The notes under the pieces were generated by a model. It had not been told where the DNA came from. It did no database searches and saw only the letters and a list, made by a program, of their open reading frames with translations. Of a stretch of 64,000 nucleotides of DNA, positions 47,499-60,901 are shown in pieces; the stretch's first letter is position 1; every line of letters starts with the position of its first letter. The stretch covers positions 186,001 to 250,000 of the forward strand of contig JAPEUD010000016.1 of NCBI GenBank assembly GCA_026026165.1, read 5' to 3'. The DNA comes from Sarea resinae. Its lineage: Eukaryota. Both the position numbers and the translations under genes were made by a program.

Positions 47499-50248
47499 CT
47501 AAGCGACCACGACACCACCGCCCTGCCTCTCTTTCTCTCTTTCGCTCTCCCTCTCCTTTTCCTGCTCGGCAACACGCGCCCCCTTCTTTCCATCCGCATC
47601 CTCATCGTCGTTCTCATCGACAGCAGCAGCATCCTTGACACTAGTCGGGAGGTCAAGCGATGTGCTGGTGAAAGAAGTGTGGGCGCGAGTGCTGGACGGG
47701 GTGGCCTGCTGGATGCCTCTGTTGTGAAGGCGATGGGAGAGATAGCGATAGATGGCAAAGTACTGCTTGCGGCCGTCGATGAGCGGATAGAAGCCTGCGA
47801 TGAGCAGCGTGGCCCAGAGCCAGATTATGGCGACGATGAGCCAGGCCGTGTAGAACTGGGATGAGCTTTTAGTTTTGTTTTCCGTGGTTCACGAGTTCTC
47901 TAGAGAGCGTGGAAGAGGGAGGATTGTGACTTGAAAAACATTCGAAAAGACGGGCAAGAAGCAAAGCTCAGCAAGACTCACCTTTTTGGAAAACACAAAC
48001 TTTGCTGCATACATCGGCAGAGGCCACAGCACCCAATGGCCCAGAAACGTGGCCACGGCCCAGATAGCCGCAATCTTCGCCCAGTATTTCATTTTCCGCC
48101 GGCCCTCGGGGTCCCTCAATGGATGCAATTCCCTTTCAATCTCAGCGACCGATTCCGTCGCCGTCTCTTCGACCTCAAAGGCAAGCCGCTGCTTCTGAAA
48201 CTCTGCCCAGTCATACCGCTGCGGTTTCAGCAGCGTAATCACCACCGTATAAGGCAGCGGCGAAAAGGCGGCCGCCACGGTGCCGTACATGCAGGGCAGC
48301 ACCTCGCCCGTCGAAGAGACGGTCACCGCACCATAAAACGCATACGCTGTGCTGAGCCAGACTGCAAGACCCGTGGCCATTCCCAGCACGGGCGAGATGA
48401 TGGCTGCTGCTTTGGATTGCCGACGCCAAAGGATGGTGAGCGTGGTGGGAAAGATGCCAGGACAGGTAATCACTCCTGGTCTCATGTGTTAATTGAAAAT
48501 AGATTAACAAATTGAGAAAAGTACCTAGCATATACAAGGTCCAGCCCAGATCGATACCGACATAATGCAACATGGTACTGAATGCGGCGGCGAAAAGGCC
48601 AAAGAACACGACCCCATAGTGGCTCCAGCGAATAATGTCGGCATCCGAGGCCCGTTTGTTAAAATAGGTCCTGTAAATGTCAAAGCTGATGATGGAGCTC
48701 ACGGCAATCACCTGCGCAGAGATGGTCGACGTCACCGCCATAAAGGTGATGAGCAAGACGCCTGCTGCGCCGCCTTTCCCTGCAATAGCTATGGCGGCGT
48801 AGGGTAGGACTAGGCCGTTGCTGACTTCGGTCGAGGACATGCGCTGAGAAAAATGGTCAGAAGGAACGATGTAAAAAAAAAAAAGACGGGCTTACTCGTG
48901 GGTATGTGGGGAAGATCGGGTTGTTCTCAAGCCCGAGCACGACGGAGCTCATCACGGTGCCTAGGGCCCAAGGGATCGCAAAGTATGCGACTCCGCCTAC
49001 GATATAGCCGGGGACTACGGCCGAGGGAGACGCCGAGAAGGCCTTGATGAAGAAGCTCGTATCCATAATCACGAGACCAAAGTTGGCGCAGATATGGATG
49101 ATGCCGAAGAGCATACCCTGGCCACGTTAACATTAACTCATAAAGTGGAAAGAGGGGCTTGCCTCTTTCGATGTCATTGTCAGGTAAGATCCATTGTGGT
49201 TACCGGCGACGGGATGTCGGGTGGAAGCCGCGGCGACCAAATCGTAGAGGTGCCCGATCGATCCAATCTCGTTGGTGGTAAACGCTTTGATGGTGAAGAA
49301 ACACGCTATGATGAGAATGACAAAGGTGTGGAAATAGTCGGTGATGAAGCTATCTCTGTCAGTGCTTGTTTGAAAAAGGGGTCGGAGTCCCATACGTCGC
49401 CTTGATGCCCCCCACAAACGTATACACAATCACTCCGATTGGAAGTAAGAACGTAGCTGCAATAATATGCATGCCGGTGCTGGGCATTGTCAGAGTGCTT
49501 TGATCTTGAAGAGGCGTTTGACTCACAGTGCGGAGATGGCAGCAGAGGCACCAAGAAGCATATTGGCCACGGCAAACAGGTTATTCAGGAGGCACAGAAA
49601 CATGTAAACAAAGTGGGCGGTGGTGCCTATGGACAAAAGGTCAGGGTCTGCTCCTCTCATCCTGTCTCGGACTGATACGGACCATAACGTATTTTGACCA
49701 TCTCCAACGACGTGTGTGCTTCGGGAATCTTCAACTTGCACGCGATGCCCAAGACGGCGAAGAAGACAATCATCGGGCTGCAGCCAGCGGCAAACCAGAA
49801 CGGGCCCGACACGCCGTAGTTGTATCCGACCAAGGACGAGCCGAGCATTGCGGTGCTCCACAGCCATGACTATCAAAAATAAGAAAGGAATTCCATCGAG
49901 GAAGCAAGCCACTGACCGAGATGACGGCGGAGGTGGTCAGGCCAGTGCGGACATTTCGGTTGGCCGTCATGAACCTGATCGATGTCAATGCTATTCGGAC
50001 AGCTAACTAAAGCCTTACATTTCCGTCTTCTCATTGTCCTCGCCAACGGTGCTTTTGAGCAGCTTCGTGACGAATACCATGCCTGGTTCCATGTTAGTGA
50101 CGCATTGTGATCCAAGACCGAGCAGCAGACCAAAGGCGATGACAAGCCCAACGACGACAACGACGACATAGCCAACGGCTTGCGAGAGAGGGGGCTTGAC
50201 GGAATTGATGTAAACATGATTGTCGGCTCGAGCGTGCAGCAAAGACAT
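47499..50248 (-). CDS. DUR3: Urea/polyamine active transporter (sodium:solute symporter family), multi-exon
   Basis: PPLSQAVGYVVVV, FMTANRNVRTGLTTSAVIS, YGVSGPFWFAAG, GGIKATFITDYFHT, GNHNGSYLTMTS, GLVLPYAA, LWPLPMY. Confidence 0.88.
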
Positions 50249-51436
50249 CTTGTTATCGATTGATCGAGAAGAGGCTCTATAGATCACGCAGACCTGTTGA
50301 CATGCTGGACTCTGCAAACATTCATATACACATGGCCAGCATCCATCGTCGATCGTCTGCGCGCACAGCCATGGCCCAGCTTGAAGGGATGAGACAGCCA
50401 CACCATCATCCTAGGGCGTCGATAGAACGGGTCTGGAGAGCCACAGATGGCGTGCTGCCACACCTTCTAGCTTGGACGCACTCTGATGTGCTCTGAACAC
50501 TCTGATGTGCTTCCAGAGCACATCGGCATCTTCTTTCTCTGCCGTCCTCGGTTGCCTTGTCGTCTTGTTGTCTTGTTGTGTTCTTGCCTGGTGATCGACA
50601 CGGGAGCCGAAGCCGGAGCGCCATGTTGCTGAGGAGCTGATGGCGATGTTTGGTCTGCGATGATGTGCTCGTCTGCGGCGGGGATGGATGCATGTCAACA
50701 TCCATGATGGCCGCGATAAGCACCCGCCGCGTCTCTTCTCTTTTGTTTGAACCCACGCACCCACTCACTCACTACCCCAAAGTCGCCGAGTTCTGATCCG
50801 GCCTCATGTCATTGTTTCGTGCCTTTTTCGCCATGACCGTGGCCTCTCCGGGTGATACCTGAAGCCAAGTTAGAGGCAAGATCTCCCTTGTTACCGGCGC
50901 TCACTGTTTCTTTTCGACATCGTATGATGACCCTACCGACGGTATGATACAAAGATACCAAGGAGGTTGCACAGTCGTTGGTCGTCCTCGAACCGACAAC
51001 CTGAGATCCCACCGTCCGCCATGACTCCATTCCCCTTGATGCCCCTCCATCGCACCGATTGCCTGCAATGACGAATTTGGGATCACATCACCTCGTGATA
51101 GGGCTGCATCCCTAGCTTCGCCTCGTCGGTCGCTACCTAGTATTCAGCCAAAACAATGATGATGATTTCCTCCTTCTGCCCCGCACGCATCAGGCTCGAA
51201 ATGGATGGTGCAATCGATGCCTCTTTTGGCGTCAGATGGAAAACGACGTCGACCCACCACGGATAAACCACTTGCTTGTTTGGCTGCTTGCTACTCTCGA
51301 GGCCCCTCAATTGCCCTGCTCTGTACCTTACATATCTAGATCTCTCGTCATCGCTAGGTTTTACTTTTTTGTTCAATGAACTCTCTACCTATTCGTGCTT
51401 TGTGATCAAAGTGTGGCATCTCGATAATCTACAGTC

Positions 51437-53283
51437 ATGGCTTCGACCGAGACTCACCCGTCCACGGCAGATGGCCAAGGCAAGCAGAAGAAAAAGTTGA
51501 TCATCAATGCCTTTGTTGAGATGTGTATGTACGCGGGTTGAGAGAGAAGAAAAGAACTGGCTGACACGATTACTTATGCAGGCAGTGGCCATCAATCTCC
51601 AGGTCTCTGGCGCCATCCCAAGGACCAGTCACCGAGATACAAAGACATAGATCACTGGGTGAAGCTTGCTCAACTATTTGAAAAGGGCAAACTGCATGGC
51701 GTCTTCATTGCAGATGTGCTGGGTAGATTTCTCTTCAGGGCAGAATGTGCTAGTCCGTTCTAATGTCAACAGGTGGCTACGATGTCTACAACGGTCCTCG
51801 CAACCTGGATGCAGCTATTCGATCGGGCGCGCAATGGCCGGTGAACGAACCCCTGGCGGTCATTCCTGCAATGGCTGCGGCGACCAAGAGTATCGGGTTT
51901 GGCGCGACGGTGACGACAACATACGAGCAGCCGTATCATCTTGCAAGGAGGCTATCGACCATCGACCACCTGACCAAGGGACGGTAAGTGAGGTCAGTTG
52001 TCGACTTCCAAAGCGAATCGCTGACTGGTCTCCGTTTCAGAGTAGGCTGGAACGTAGGTAATCAGACCCATCTACGAGACTGAGACTAAACGTGAGCAGA
52101 TAGTCACAGGATACCTCGACTCAGCTGCGCGAAACTTGGGGCATACTGAGCAGCCGCTGGTAAGCAATGTCTCGCCCTCTAGCTAGCGACCGCTGACAAG
52201 AGTAGCACGCCGAAAGGTACGCCATCGCAGAAGAATACATAGAGGTCATGTACAAGCTGTGGGAGTCCTCATGGAGAGACGATGCTGTGGTCTTGGACCG
52301 TGAGCGCGGAGTATACTCCGAGCCCAGTCGAATCCGAGAGATTAACCATGTCGGGAAATATTTCACCGTGCCCGGCCCGCACATCTGCGAGCCTAGTCCA
52401 CAACGAACCCCCCTGCTCCTGCAAGCGGGGACATCGAAAGCTGGCAAGTCCTTTGCTGCGAAACATGCCGAAGGCATCTTCATGGCCGGCCATTCCCCAT
52501 CCGTCATAGCAAAGAACATTGCAGAAGTCAGGGCGTCGGCAAAGGCGCTAGGAAGGGATCCTTCGCATATCAAATTTCTGACCCTGATTACCCCAGTACT
52601 CGGACGTACGCATGAGGAAGCTCAGCAAAAGTTTGAGGATTACAAGCAGTATGGCTCCATCGAGGGAGCCTTGGCTCTGTTCGGTGGCTGGACCGGCATT
52701 GATCTTGCAAAGTATGGAGACGACGAGGAGCTTCGTAATGTAGAAAGCAATGCGATCAAGTGAGTAGCGCGCCCTAGATGCACAACAGTACTAATAGCCT
52801 TGACCAGATCTGCCGTCGAAGCATGGTCAAAATCTTCTCCGGGGGTCGCCAAGTGGACCAAGCACACGGTAGCCGAGCATATTACCGTGGGCGGTCTCGG
52901 CGCAACAGTCGTCGGCACGGCCGCCGAAGTGGCCGACGAGTTTGAGCGCTGGGTTGAAGAAGCTGATGTCGATGGATTCAATATCGTGAGCACATCCATT
53001 TTCGCCGCTTCCATGAATGGCCCCTGCCCTTTGGCATTCTGATGGCACTCTTCGAATCTGACGATACCTCCAGGCATATGCGATCACACCAGGATCGTTT
53101 GAAGATGTAGTCGAATTGTTGCTCCCAGAGTTGCGGCGGCGCGGCCTGTTCTGGGACGATTATGCCGTGCCCGGTGGAACGTATCGCGAGAACGTGTATG
53201 AAAAGAAAGGTCAGACCGGTCTGTTGCTCGACCACCCGGCAGCTTCATACCGCTGGCGTGCCGGTGAAGAGCATGAGCTGTGA
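51437..53283 (+). CDS. Second luciferase-like monooxygenase (NtaA/DszA family), about 8 introns
   Basis: SGHQSPGLWRHP, FIADVL, LARRLSTIDHLTKGR, PSPQRTPLLLQAGTS, ALFGGWTG, VDGFN across GT-AG introns. Confidence 0.9.
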
Positions 53284-53739
53284 AGGCGGTGCCATTCAAT
53301 GTCGATGATAGACTCGGTGCCACCAATAGAGCTAGTTCAAGAACAGATGAAGCAGCTAGGAGTACTCTGGAAGGGATCAGACGTCGTAACCAGGTGCCAC
53401 GAAAGGCCGTACTGCGTAGATGGCGAAGAAAGGGAGTTGTGTGCATCAAACAGCGCTTTTGGTGATCTATACTATGTAGACTACGTATGACTAAGCTAGA
53501 TCGCATCCGGTTAGCAGGATCAGTGATCCTGTACTTCATAGTCTACTGATCGCGAGTTCGAAGCTCCAGAGTATTCGTACATCTTCACTTCACACTCACC
53601 ACCATCATACATCTCAACTTCACGACTCTTCTCATCTCTCGAGACTCTTGCTGGCGACATAATAGATACCTCACAGCAACTCGTCCTCCACCCGAGTTTT
53701 ACCCATTGAGAGCCTCATCGCTTTGAAGCGAGAGTCAGC

Positions 53740-54893
53740 ATGGTTTCACGGTCTCTCTCGCGCGGTCGTTCGCGCACGCGCTCTCCAACTCCAGCCTCGG
53801 CCGCATCTCGCACACCGCTTTCCAGATCTCGGTCACCTCGAAGATCGATATCACCTCGTTCGCTGTCTCGATCGAGGACCCCCAGCCGTGGACTATCCCC
53901 CCGCTCTGGACGGGGCGGACCTCGCAACGGCTTTCGCGGTCGAAGGAGCTTGACGAGAAGTCCGTCGAAGAGCATCTCGCGGAGCAGGAGTCGTGGTAGA
54001 GCTGGGCGAAGCTACAGAAACCGCAGCTATTCACGTAGCCCGAGCCGCGGAAGTGCCGCGCCCAAGAGTACCAAGGTAAGGATGACAGCAACTTCAATCT
54101 TGTTCACATTGCTGTCTAGTCGGAGGAACCCCCTTCCAACTTCTCTGCGACGGACTCCGCACCCATAATCTCATGCATGGCTGACACGGTCTAGATTGTG
54201 GTCGAGAAACTCACCAAAAATGTCAAGGAGGGCCATCTACGAGAGATTTTTGGCGCGTACGGCTCAATCCGAGATTTAGATCTACCCATCAATCGACAAT
54301 GTAGGTATCGTCATATCAAGCTCATTCGCATCGCATGCTGATTGATTCTAGTCATGACAAATCGAGGGACCGCCTATATCCTGTATAATGAGGCCGCCGA
54401 CGCCGAATCTGCGATTGCCCATATGCACGAAGCTCAGCTAGATGGCACCATCATCAATGTTTCGATCGTCCTCTCGAAACGCAAATTCTCCCGATCGCCA
54501 CCCCCCGCTCGCCGTGGTCCAGGTTTCGAACGTGAGCCGCCGGTGGGACCGCCAGGGGGGTTCCGAGGCCCTCCACGAACAGGTGGAGGAAGGTATCGCT
54601 CTCCACCGTTCAGACGGGCTTCACCGCCGAGGAGATATGGAAGGCCGGATCCCCGATACAATACTTATCGGCCACGATCATATTCGCGATCGCGATCCCC
54701 TCGCAGCCGATCCCGATCCATCTCATCCAGATCTCGAAGTCGCTCGCCACCACCCAGGAGACGAGGAGGCAGACGGGAAACTCCTCCGCCGCGTCGAGGA
54801 AGAAGACGAAGCCCCAGTTATAGTAGCTACAGCAGCTACAGTGATCGAAGTCGAAGTCGAAGCAGAGGCAGAGGTGGCAGAGGAAAATGGTGA
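53740..54893 (+). CDS. RS-rich RRM protein, RNPS1-like (EJC/ASAP-associated), 3 exons
   Basis: RS repeats flanking an RRM (IVVEKLTKNV...NRGTAYILY...AHMHEAQLDG); introns about 54076-54194 and 54301-54351. Confidence 0.8.
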
Positions 54894-55527
54894 GATGTCG
54901 TCGTGGCGTTATGACACTCTGGGCTCCTATTGACTTGAGACTGCGGTTGGCATTTTTCTTTTCATTTTCTACTTTACGGAAACATTTGGCGTTTACGGCT
55001 AAAAGTATGTAGACTAGGTACGGAATGAAACGCTATAATTTTTATTGGTGAGGGTTTCCATCAGAAATGTCATCTTTATTGATGAAAGTCCTCACGATCT
55101 CCTAGATTGACCAACAGTTGGTGCTTTGGTGATTCAGAGAGACTGAATCATTGCAACGAGTATTCTTGCGATGGATTCCTCTCGTTACACCTATGGAGTG
55201 AAAATCGAATGTTGTTTCACCGGAGCAGACCATGGCGAGCACATACGGCCGTGCCTTCCTTATTCGGAATCTTCAAACATCAGGCGACAAGAACACGTAT
55301 TTCTTCAGCACTTGTCATTCGCGTTTGTGATCTGCGTCCTGCTTCTCAACATCAATCTTCAGTTGACTAATTCCTACTAATTTCTTCAAGGCGAACATCT
55401 TACATCTCACCTACTATAGACCTAAGACCCTCAGCTACTCCACCTTGCTTACATTCGCTACCACCATTCAAATTAGCCATCATTACCCCAATACCATCAT
55501 CAATCTTGCGAGCAACAGAAACCAACC

Positions 55528-56961
55528 ATGTCTTCGGTCCTCTATATACCGCCACCCAATGACGACCCACCCTTCCTCCGACCCGTGACGGTAAGGAGAC
55601 CAGACGGCGACATCGGGCCACTCTGCAAAGCCTGTCCGCTCGGCTCTCCCCCTCCCTACACTACCCCGTCGCGCTCAGCCCCCGGCTCTAGAACAAGCAG
55701 CCCAGCTGAGTCCCCCACGGACGAGAAACGCGATCTGTTCGAGTCTCCCTCCTCCTCGACCACCACCCTCTCACCACCATCTCCTTCCCTGCTCTCCTCG
55801 CCACCAACGTACAATGCCTCGGACGCCTTGGCACCCCTGACCCGCCTCAACGACTTCACCTCCCCAAACAGCTACGGGCCACCACTGCACCTCCTGGAAT
55901 ACCCGCACAACCCGGCTCGGATCCGCGCCCTGCCCTCGACGCCCATCACCCTCCCTCGCGGTCTCCAGATCCCGTCGCTCGCCAAACGTATCACGCACGA
56001 CTTTCCCTACCCGCTGCCGCTGACGCCGTACAAGGTCTCACCAGCGCACTGGGCCTGGTTCGCGCGCGACCTGATGCGGCTCGGCCACCGCAGCACCCGT
56101 CAGCAGCAGATCAACACGGTCGTAGCGACATTCGTGTTCCTAGGCGTGGGCGCAGGCCTGACGCCCGTGCTCTGGCCCGTCATCGCGCTCGGCACGTCGG
56201 CGACGCTGGTGGTGGCGTGCGTCGGGGCGGCGCTGACGATCGGCGGTGTGGCAGCCGTCGGCACGTCGATCAGCCTGGCGTCGCTGGGCCGACGCGTGGC
56301 GCTCTGGCGCGCCGAGCGACACGGCCGCATCGCCGCCGTGCTGGCCGAGTGGAACGACAGTTTCTTCCACCCCAAGGGTCTCCGCGTCCGGTTCGAACGG
56401 CCCGGCAAGGGCGTCGACGAGCTCGTGTCCATGGACGTCCTCACGCGCGGCTGGAAGCGCTATCACGATGCCCATGAAGCCGCGGACGACCTTGCTCGGG
56501 ATCTCGAGAGGGGTCACTTGGCCGCTTCCCTCGTGCCTCAAACTGCTGCTCCTACCACCACCGCCTCCTCCTCATCGTCCACCCCTCGCGTCCCCGCTCA
56601 CTCAAACGAAACCTCAAGCAGAGCCGACGCCCGCGCCCAGAAAAAGCTCGAAAAAGCACACCTCAAAGCGCGCCAAAAAACCCACAAGGCCGAAGTGCGG
56701 GCGGGCAGGAAGGCGCGCAAGGAAGAAGATACGGCGGCCCAGCGAGGCCGGATCATCGTCGAGCCGCTGGGCAAGGCGGAGCCCGTCAAGGGGAAATTGC
56801 CGGAACGGGTCGAGGAGGAGCGCAAGAGGCTGAAAGCGGCGCTCGAGAGGGGCGGGTATGTTTTTGGGTGCGCGCAGGGGCAGGGGGGTGGTGGAGTAGT
56901 GGGACCGGGAGGGGGAGGAGGGGGAGGAGGGGAAGGGCGGAAAGGGGGGAAGGGGGATTAG
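55528..56961 (+). CDS. Hypothetical protein with a hydrophobic segment and a basic C-terminus
   Basis: 477-aa GC-rich ORF with FPYP..L..Y.VS...W..F and EWNDSFFHPKGLRV; family not confidently recognised. Confidence 0.6.
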   Translation: MSSVLYIPPPNDDPPFLRPVTVRRPDGDIGPLCKACPLGSPPPYTTPSRSAPGSRTSSPAESPTDEKRDLFESPSSSTTTLSPPSPSLLSSPPTYNASDALAPLTRLNDFTSPNSYGPPLHLLEYPHNPARIRALPSTPITLPRGLQIPSLAKRITHDFPYPLPLTPYKVSPAHWAWFARDLMRLGHRSTRQQQINTVVATFVFLGVGAGLTPVLWPVIALGTSATLVVACVGAALTIGGVAAVGTSISLASLGRRVALWRAERHGRIAAVLAEWNDSFFHPKGLRVRFERPGKGVDELVSMDVLTRGWKRYHDAHEAADDLARDLERGHLAASLVPQTAAPTTTASSSSSTPRVPAHSNETSSRADARAQKKLEKAHLKARQKTHKAEVRAGRKARKEEDTAAQRGRIIVEPLGKAEPVKGKLPERVEEERKRLKAALERGGYVFGCAQGQGGGGVVGPGGGGGGGGEGRKGGKGD

Positions 56962-57099
56962 GAGGAGGACGACGAGCAGTAGGGGGAGGAGGGGCAGGAG
57001 GAGCAGGGGGGGAAGGAAGTCAGGCACAGCACGCACGAGCCCAGCAGGGGAAAAGTGTATGAACGCCGTCCACCATCCTTGAGACTGAGGCTCTCTCTC

Positions 57100-58340
57100 T
57101 CTCAAGCCCTCTCTTCTCTAGCTATCTAGCTGGCTCTCCAACTCCTCCCCTCATTAGGTCCGCCAGAAGCAAGAGAGGGGGGAGAGGGGGGTAGCTTAGA
57201 ACACACATACCTAAACAACAAGAGTATCACACTATATGTCCCTATGCATTTAGGATACCAGAGAATCAGAGATGAGTGACTAGAGGAACATGTTAGGCCT
57301 AGGCTAGGGCTGTGTAGTAGTAATTTGTTTTTCATCGAATCGGATCAGAGATTAGGTGGTTGTTTAGTGAGGTTGTTCTAAGGGATGCTGTTTATAGAAG
57401 GGGAGAGGTTAGGCAAGGTTAGGTTAGGTTAGGTTAGGGAAGGAGGAGCGGAGAGGAGAGGAGAGGAGGAGAGAATCAAGCATAATAGGAGAATAGGGAA
57501 TTAAGAAAAGAGGAAAGAGATAAAATAGAGAATAGAGAATAGAGAAGAATAGAGAAGTAAGAAGAGAGAAGAGAAAACAGAGTTAGGAGAGGCTAGAGAG
57601 TAGAGAGTAGAGAATAGAATAGAATAGAAAGAGATCTACTAATCTAATATAGCAGGTCTCTATAAGAGGTATTAGATATAGTATTTACTGTCTATCTATT
57701 TGTCTAAGCTATTAGAGGCTACTCAGGCTATTAGGGCTATTAAAGCTAGGTTAATTACACTATCTTAATAGTAGGTCTAGAGTGTGTTTAGAGTGTGTTA
57801 AGACTAGATAAATATGTAGTTTAAAGTAGTTTCCTCTACTCTATTCTATTCTCTCTATATTTTATCTATCTAGCTGTTCTCTCTATCTAGCTACTCTACT
57901 TTTATACTTATAACTTCAACTTCTACCTCTAGTTTCTAGTTCTAACTTCTGGTTCCTAGTTTCTAATCTAGTTTCTAGTTCCTACCCCTTTTAAAAATAA
58001 AATAAAAGAAGAGAAGAGAAGAGAAGAATAGTGATAACTCCTCTCTCTCTCTCTCTCTTCTACTAAACCTTTCTCTACTAAAGCTATAGCCTGTTTTAGA
58101 ACAAGTACTTCTAAGATGAATATAACACTTTAGCTAAAGCCAAGCTAAGCTAGGCTAAGCATATCTGATCTATCTATCTATCTATTCGGTTTGGGATGTA
58201 ATTACTGCTCTTATATTCCGTGTTCCCCTAAACCCCTAGACCTTTAATCCCCTGGTTTCCTGATCCCCTGAACCCCTGGATCCCTAAAGCTTCTACCGTC
58301 TCTCTCTCTCTCTCTCTCTGCCCCCTATCGCTCTCTGCCC
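57100..58340. repeat. AT-rich, TA/TAG-rich low-complexity tract (RIP-like relic) with short (TTAGG)n and (AG)n runs
   Basis: Sharp GC drop relative to flanking genes, CpG/CpA depletion seen by eye, almost no ORFs. Confidence 0.6.
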
Positions 58341-58421
58341 TCTCCCCTCTTTACAAGCACCACCATAATCATCGCAGCCACCACAACCACCCCTTAACCA
58401 ATCAAAAGCCAGAGCAAAACT

Positions 58422-60381
58422 CTACAGCGCCCACCCCCGCCGCCGACTCACCAGTCGGCCGCGCACCCACACGGCCGCCGTATTTCGGTCGTCGCCGGCA
58501 AAGACCCATTTCGCGACGCGCTCGGGCCAGGTCTCGAAGCCGAAGACGTCGACGTTGCCGTCGTGCTTAATCTCGGGGGGGATGGGATCGGTGGAGCTGT
58601 CTTCGGGTGTGATATCAGTGCTACTGCTGCTGCTGGTGATGACAGAATCGTCCTCCCCACCGACAACCCGGCCCAGCGAGACCATCTGCGCGTCCCATTC
58701 CTTGCCGACGTCGAAGCCGCCGACGCGGTCGCCGAGCCCGACGACGTGCGCCCCGCCGCGCGTGGCGAGGTACAGCGTCTCGGCCAGGCTGAGCTTGGGG
58801 TGGTTTTTCCGCCTCTCGTCGCGCTCTTGCTGGCGCTCTTCATCCTCGGCGTCGTCGTCGTCATCATCTTCGTCCTCTTGAAGCGTGGAGCTAGGAGCAT
58901 CTTCAGGCGTCGTGGTGGTGACACGGTCCGGCTCGTCCATAGCAACGCACCGACTGACCGCCATAGCGCCCCGGACGGCATCAAGCACGCTCGGGCTCCA
59001 GCCGCCACTGACGTCGGTGCCGAGGCCGACCTCGACGCCGGCATCGAGCCAGTCGCGCACGCGCGCCCGCCCCGACGTCAGCGCCGTGTTGCTGGCGGGA
59101 CAATGGGCGATTTTGGCGCCGCGGGTGGCGATGAGGCCGAGCTCGGCGGCGCTGAGATGCACGCCGTGCGCGAGGATGGTGCGTGGTGTCAGGATCTGGC
59201 ATGCGTCGTAGACGGCCGTGTAGGAGGCGTGTGTTGGAAACTGCGATAGTACGAGCGCGATTTCGGGTGCGTTTTCGCTGACGTGCGTCTGGATAGGGAG
59301 GTGGGTTTCTTGTGCGAGGGCGCCCAGGGCGGAGAGGAGCGGGCCGGTGCAGGAGGGCGCGAATCGAGGGGTGAGGATCGGGGTGAGGAGGTTGGTGGGT
59401 CGGGAGCTTCTTGAGGTGGTGGTGGGAGGGTCCAGGGCTTGGATGAAGGCGATGCTGTCTCGAGTCCCCTGCACGCTTTCCTCCACCGACGCGTCCAGGT
59501 ACCATTCCGGCGACAGGCGGTCCATGTTACAGCGGCCGACCAGGGCCCGCTGGCCGTAGCGGAGACAGAGCTTGGCGAGGTGGTTGGTCGAGCCCGTGTG
59601 TGCGGTCGCAAAGTAGGCGGCCGTCGTGGTGCCGTGCGCGAGCGTTCGCGCGATGCAGCGGCTGTAGACCGAGTGCGCTTTTGGCGGCGACGACAGCGAT
59701 GCTTCGAGCGGGAAGGTGTAGCGTTCGAGCCACGAGAGGAGCGTCGTGTTGCCGAAGAGACCGAGGTTTGCGTATTGCGATGCGTGGATGTGTGTGTCTG
59801 TGTATATATGAGCGAGTATATATGAGTGTGTATATGAGTGTGTATAATGAGTGAGTGGGTGTTTTGAAAGGAGAAAATATCCTAGCACACCGTACGAGGG
59901 ACGGCAAGGAAAAGGAAAAGGGCGGAATCTCACCAACAAAGCCTGGAAAGAAAAAGCCATTTTCCGGCGCAAATACTACCCTCACGCCCTTGACTTTCTT
60001 TCCCGCACCAGCGCCCTTTTCTTCTTCATGCTTATGCTCATGCCCATGCTTTTCTGGTTCTTCCCATCCATATTGCGCAATGACGTCTCCCAATCCCTGC
60101 TCCCACCCAGCACCAGCACCAACACCTGCATCACCGCCCACCTCCCGCTCCACAAATACGATAACGCCATTCTCATCAACGCCGATAGCGCCACGCTCGC
60201 AGATATCGAGCTCGGCGCGCGTCTTGCAATGTATGAACCGGCCCGCGTAGATGGTGCGGCGTTGAAGGCGCTTCGACGACGACGGGATTTGCTGAGCAGA
60301 AGAGGAGAGCGATTGCGACGTCGACGCCTCGAGTTCAACCAGCTCGAGCGGCCCGCAATGGGCGCAGTGGGAATGCGCCAT
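58422..60381 (-). CDS. GUD1: Guanine deaminase (amidohydrolase), 2 exons (intron 59933-59798)
   Basis: FFFPGFV/DTHIHASQY, WLERYTFPLE, GTTTAAYFAT, TPRFAPSC, QTHVSEN, HCPASN, GLGTDVSGG, GDDRN. Confidence 0.93.
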
Positions 60382-60901
60382 CTGCGCCGATATGTATGTG
60401 GCTTCTGATGTGAAGATGAAGATGAGAAACAGACTCTGAAAGGAACAAAGAAATCAAAGTGCCAATCCCGATTCCAATCGCAATTCTAACCCAGGTCCAA
60501 ATGCAACTCAATGGGGAACCATCATCGTTTTATCTCGTCGATCAGTCAGGGACCCGCGGACCCGCGGACCCGCGAAACTGGGGGCGGGGCGGAGCGGATC
60601 AATATAGACGCGGCGAGATTGCGGTGCGGATTCGCGCATGGTGGTGGTGGGGGCGCGTTCTAGAACGTTTCTACCGCGGGTAACCGTCAATCTTGGTGCG
60701 CGCGGACGCGGGCGACGGCGGGTTCCGTCATGTGTTGCATCAACCTTGAGTCGGTAGACAACGACCCGCTCTACTAGGAAGCTTGAATCTCCTTTAGAAG
60801 ATACGATGATAAATGTGATTGAATATTCTAATCTGATATCTCATACGCCAGGAAATGCAACATCACAACTCGCCATGAGCAACCTAAAGCACAACGACCT
60901 C

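Noticed and set aside
50975..51030. B-box/T-arm-like AGGTTGTCGGTTCGAGGACGAC on the minus strand
   Set aside because: The T-stem is mismatched and no acceptor or anticodon arms can be built.
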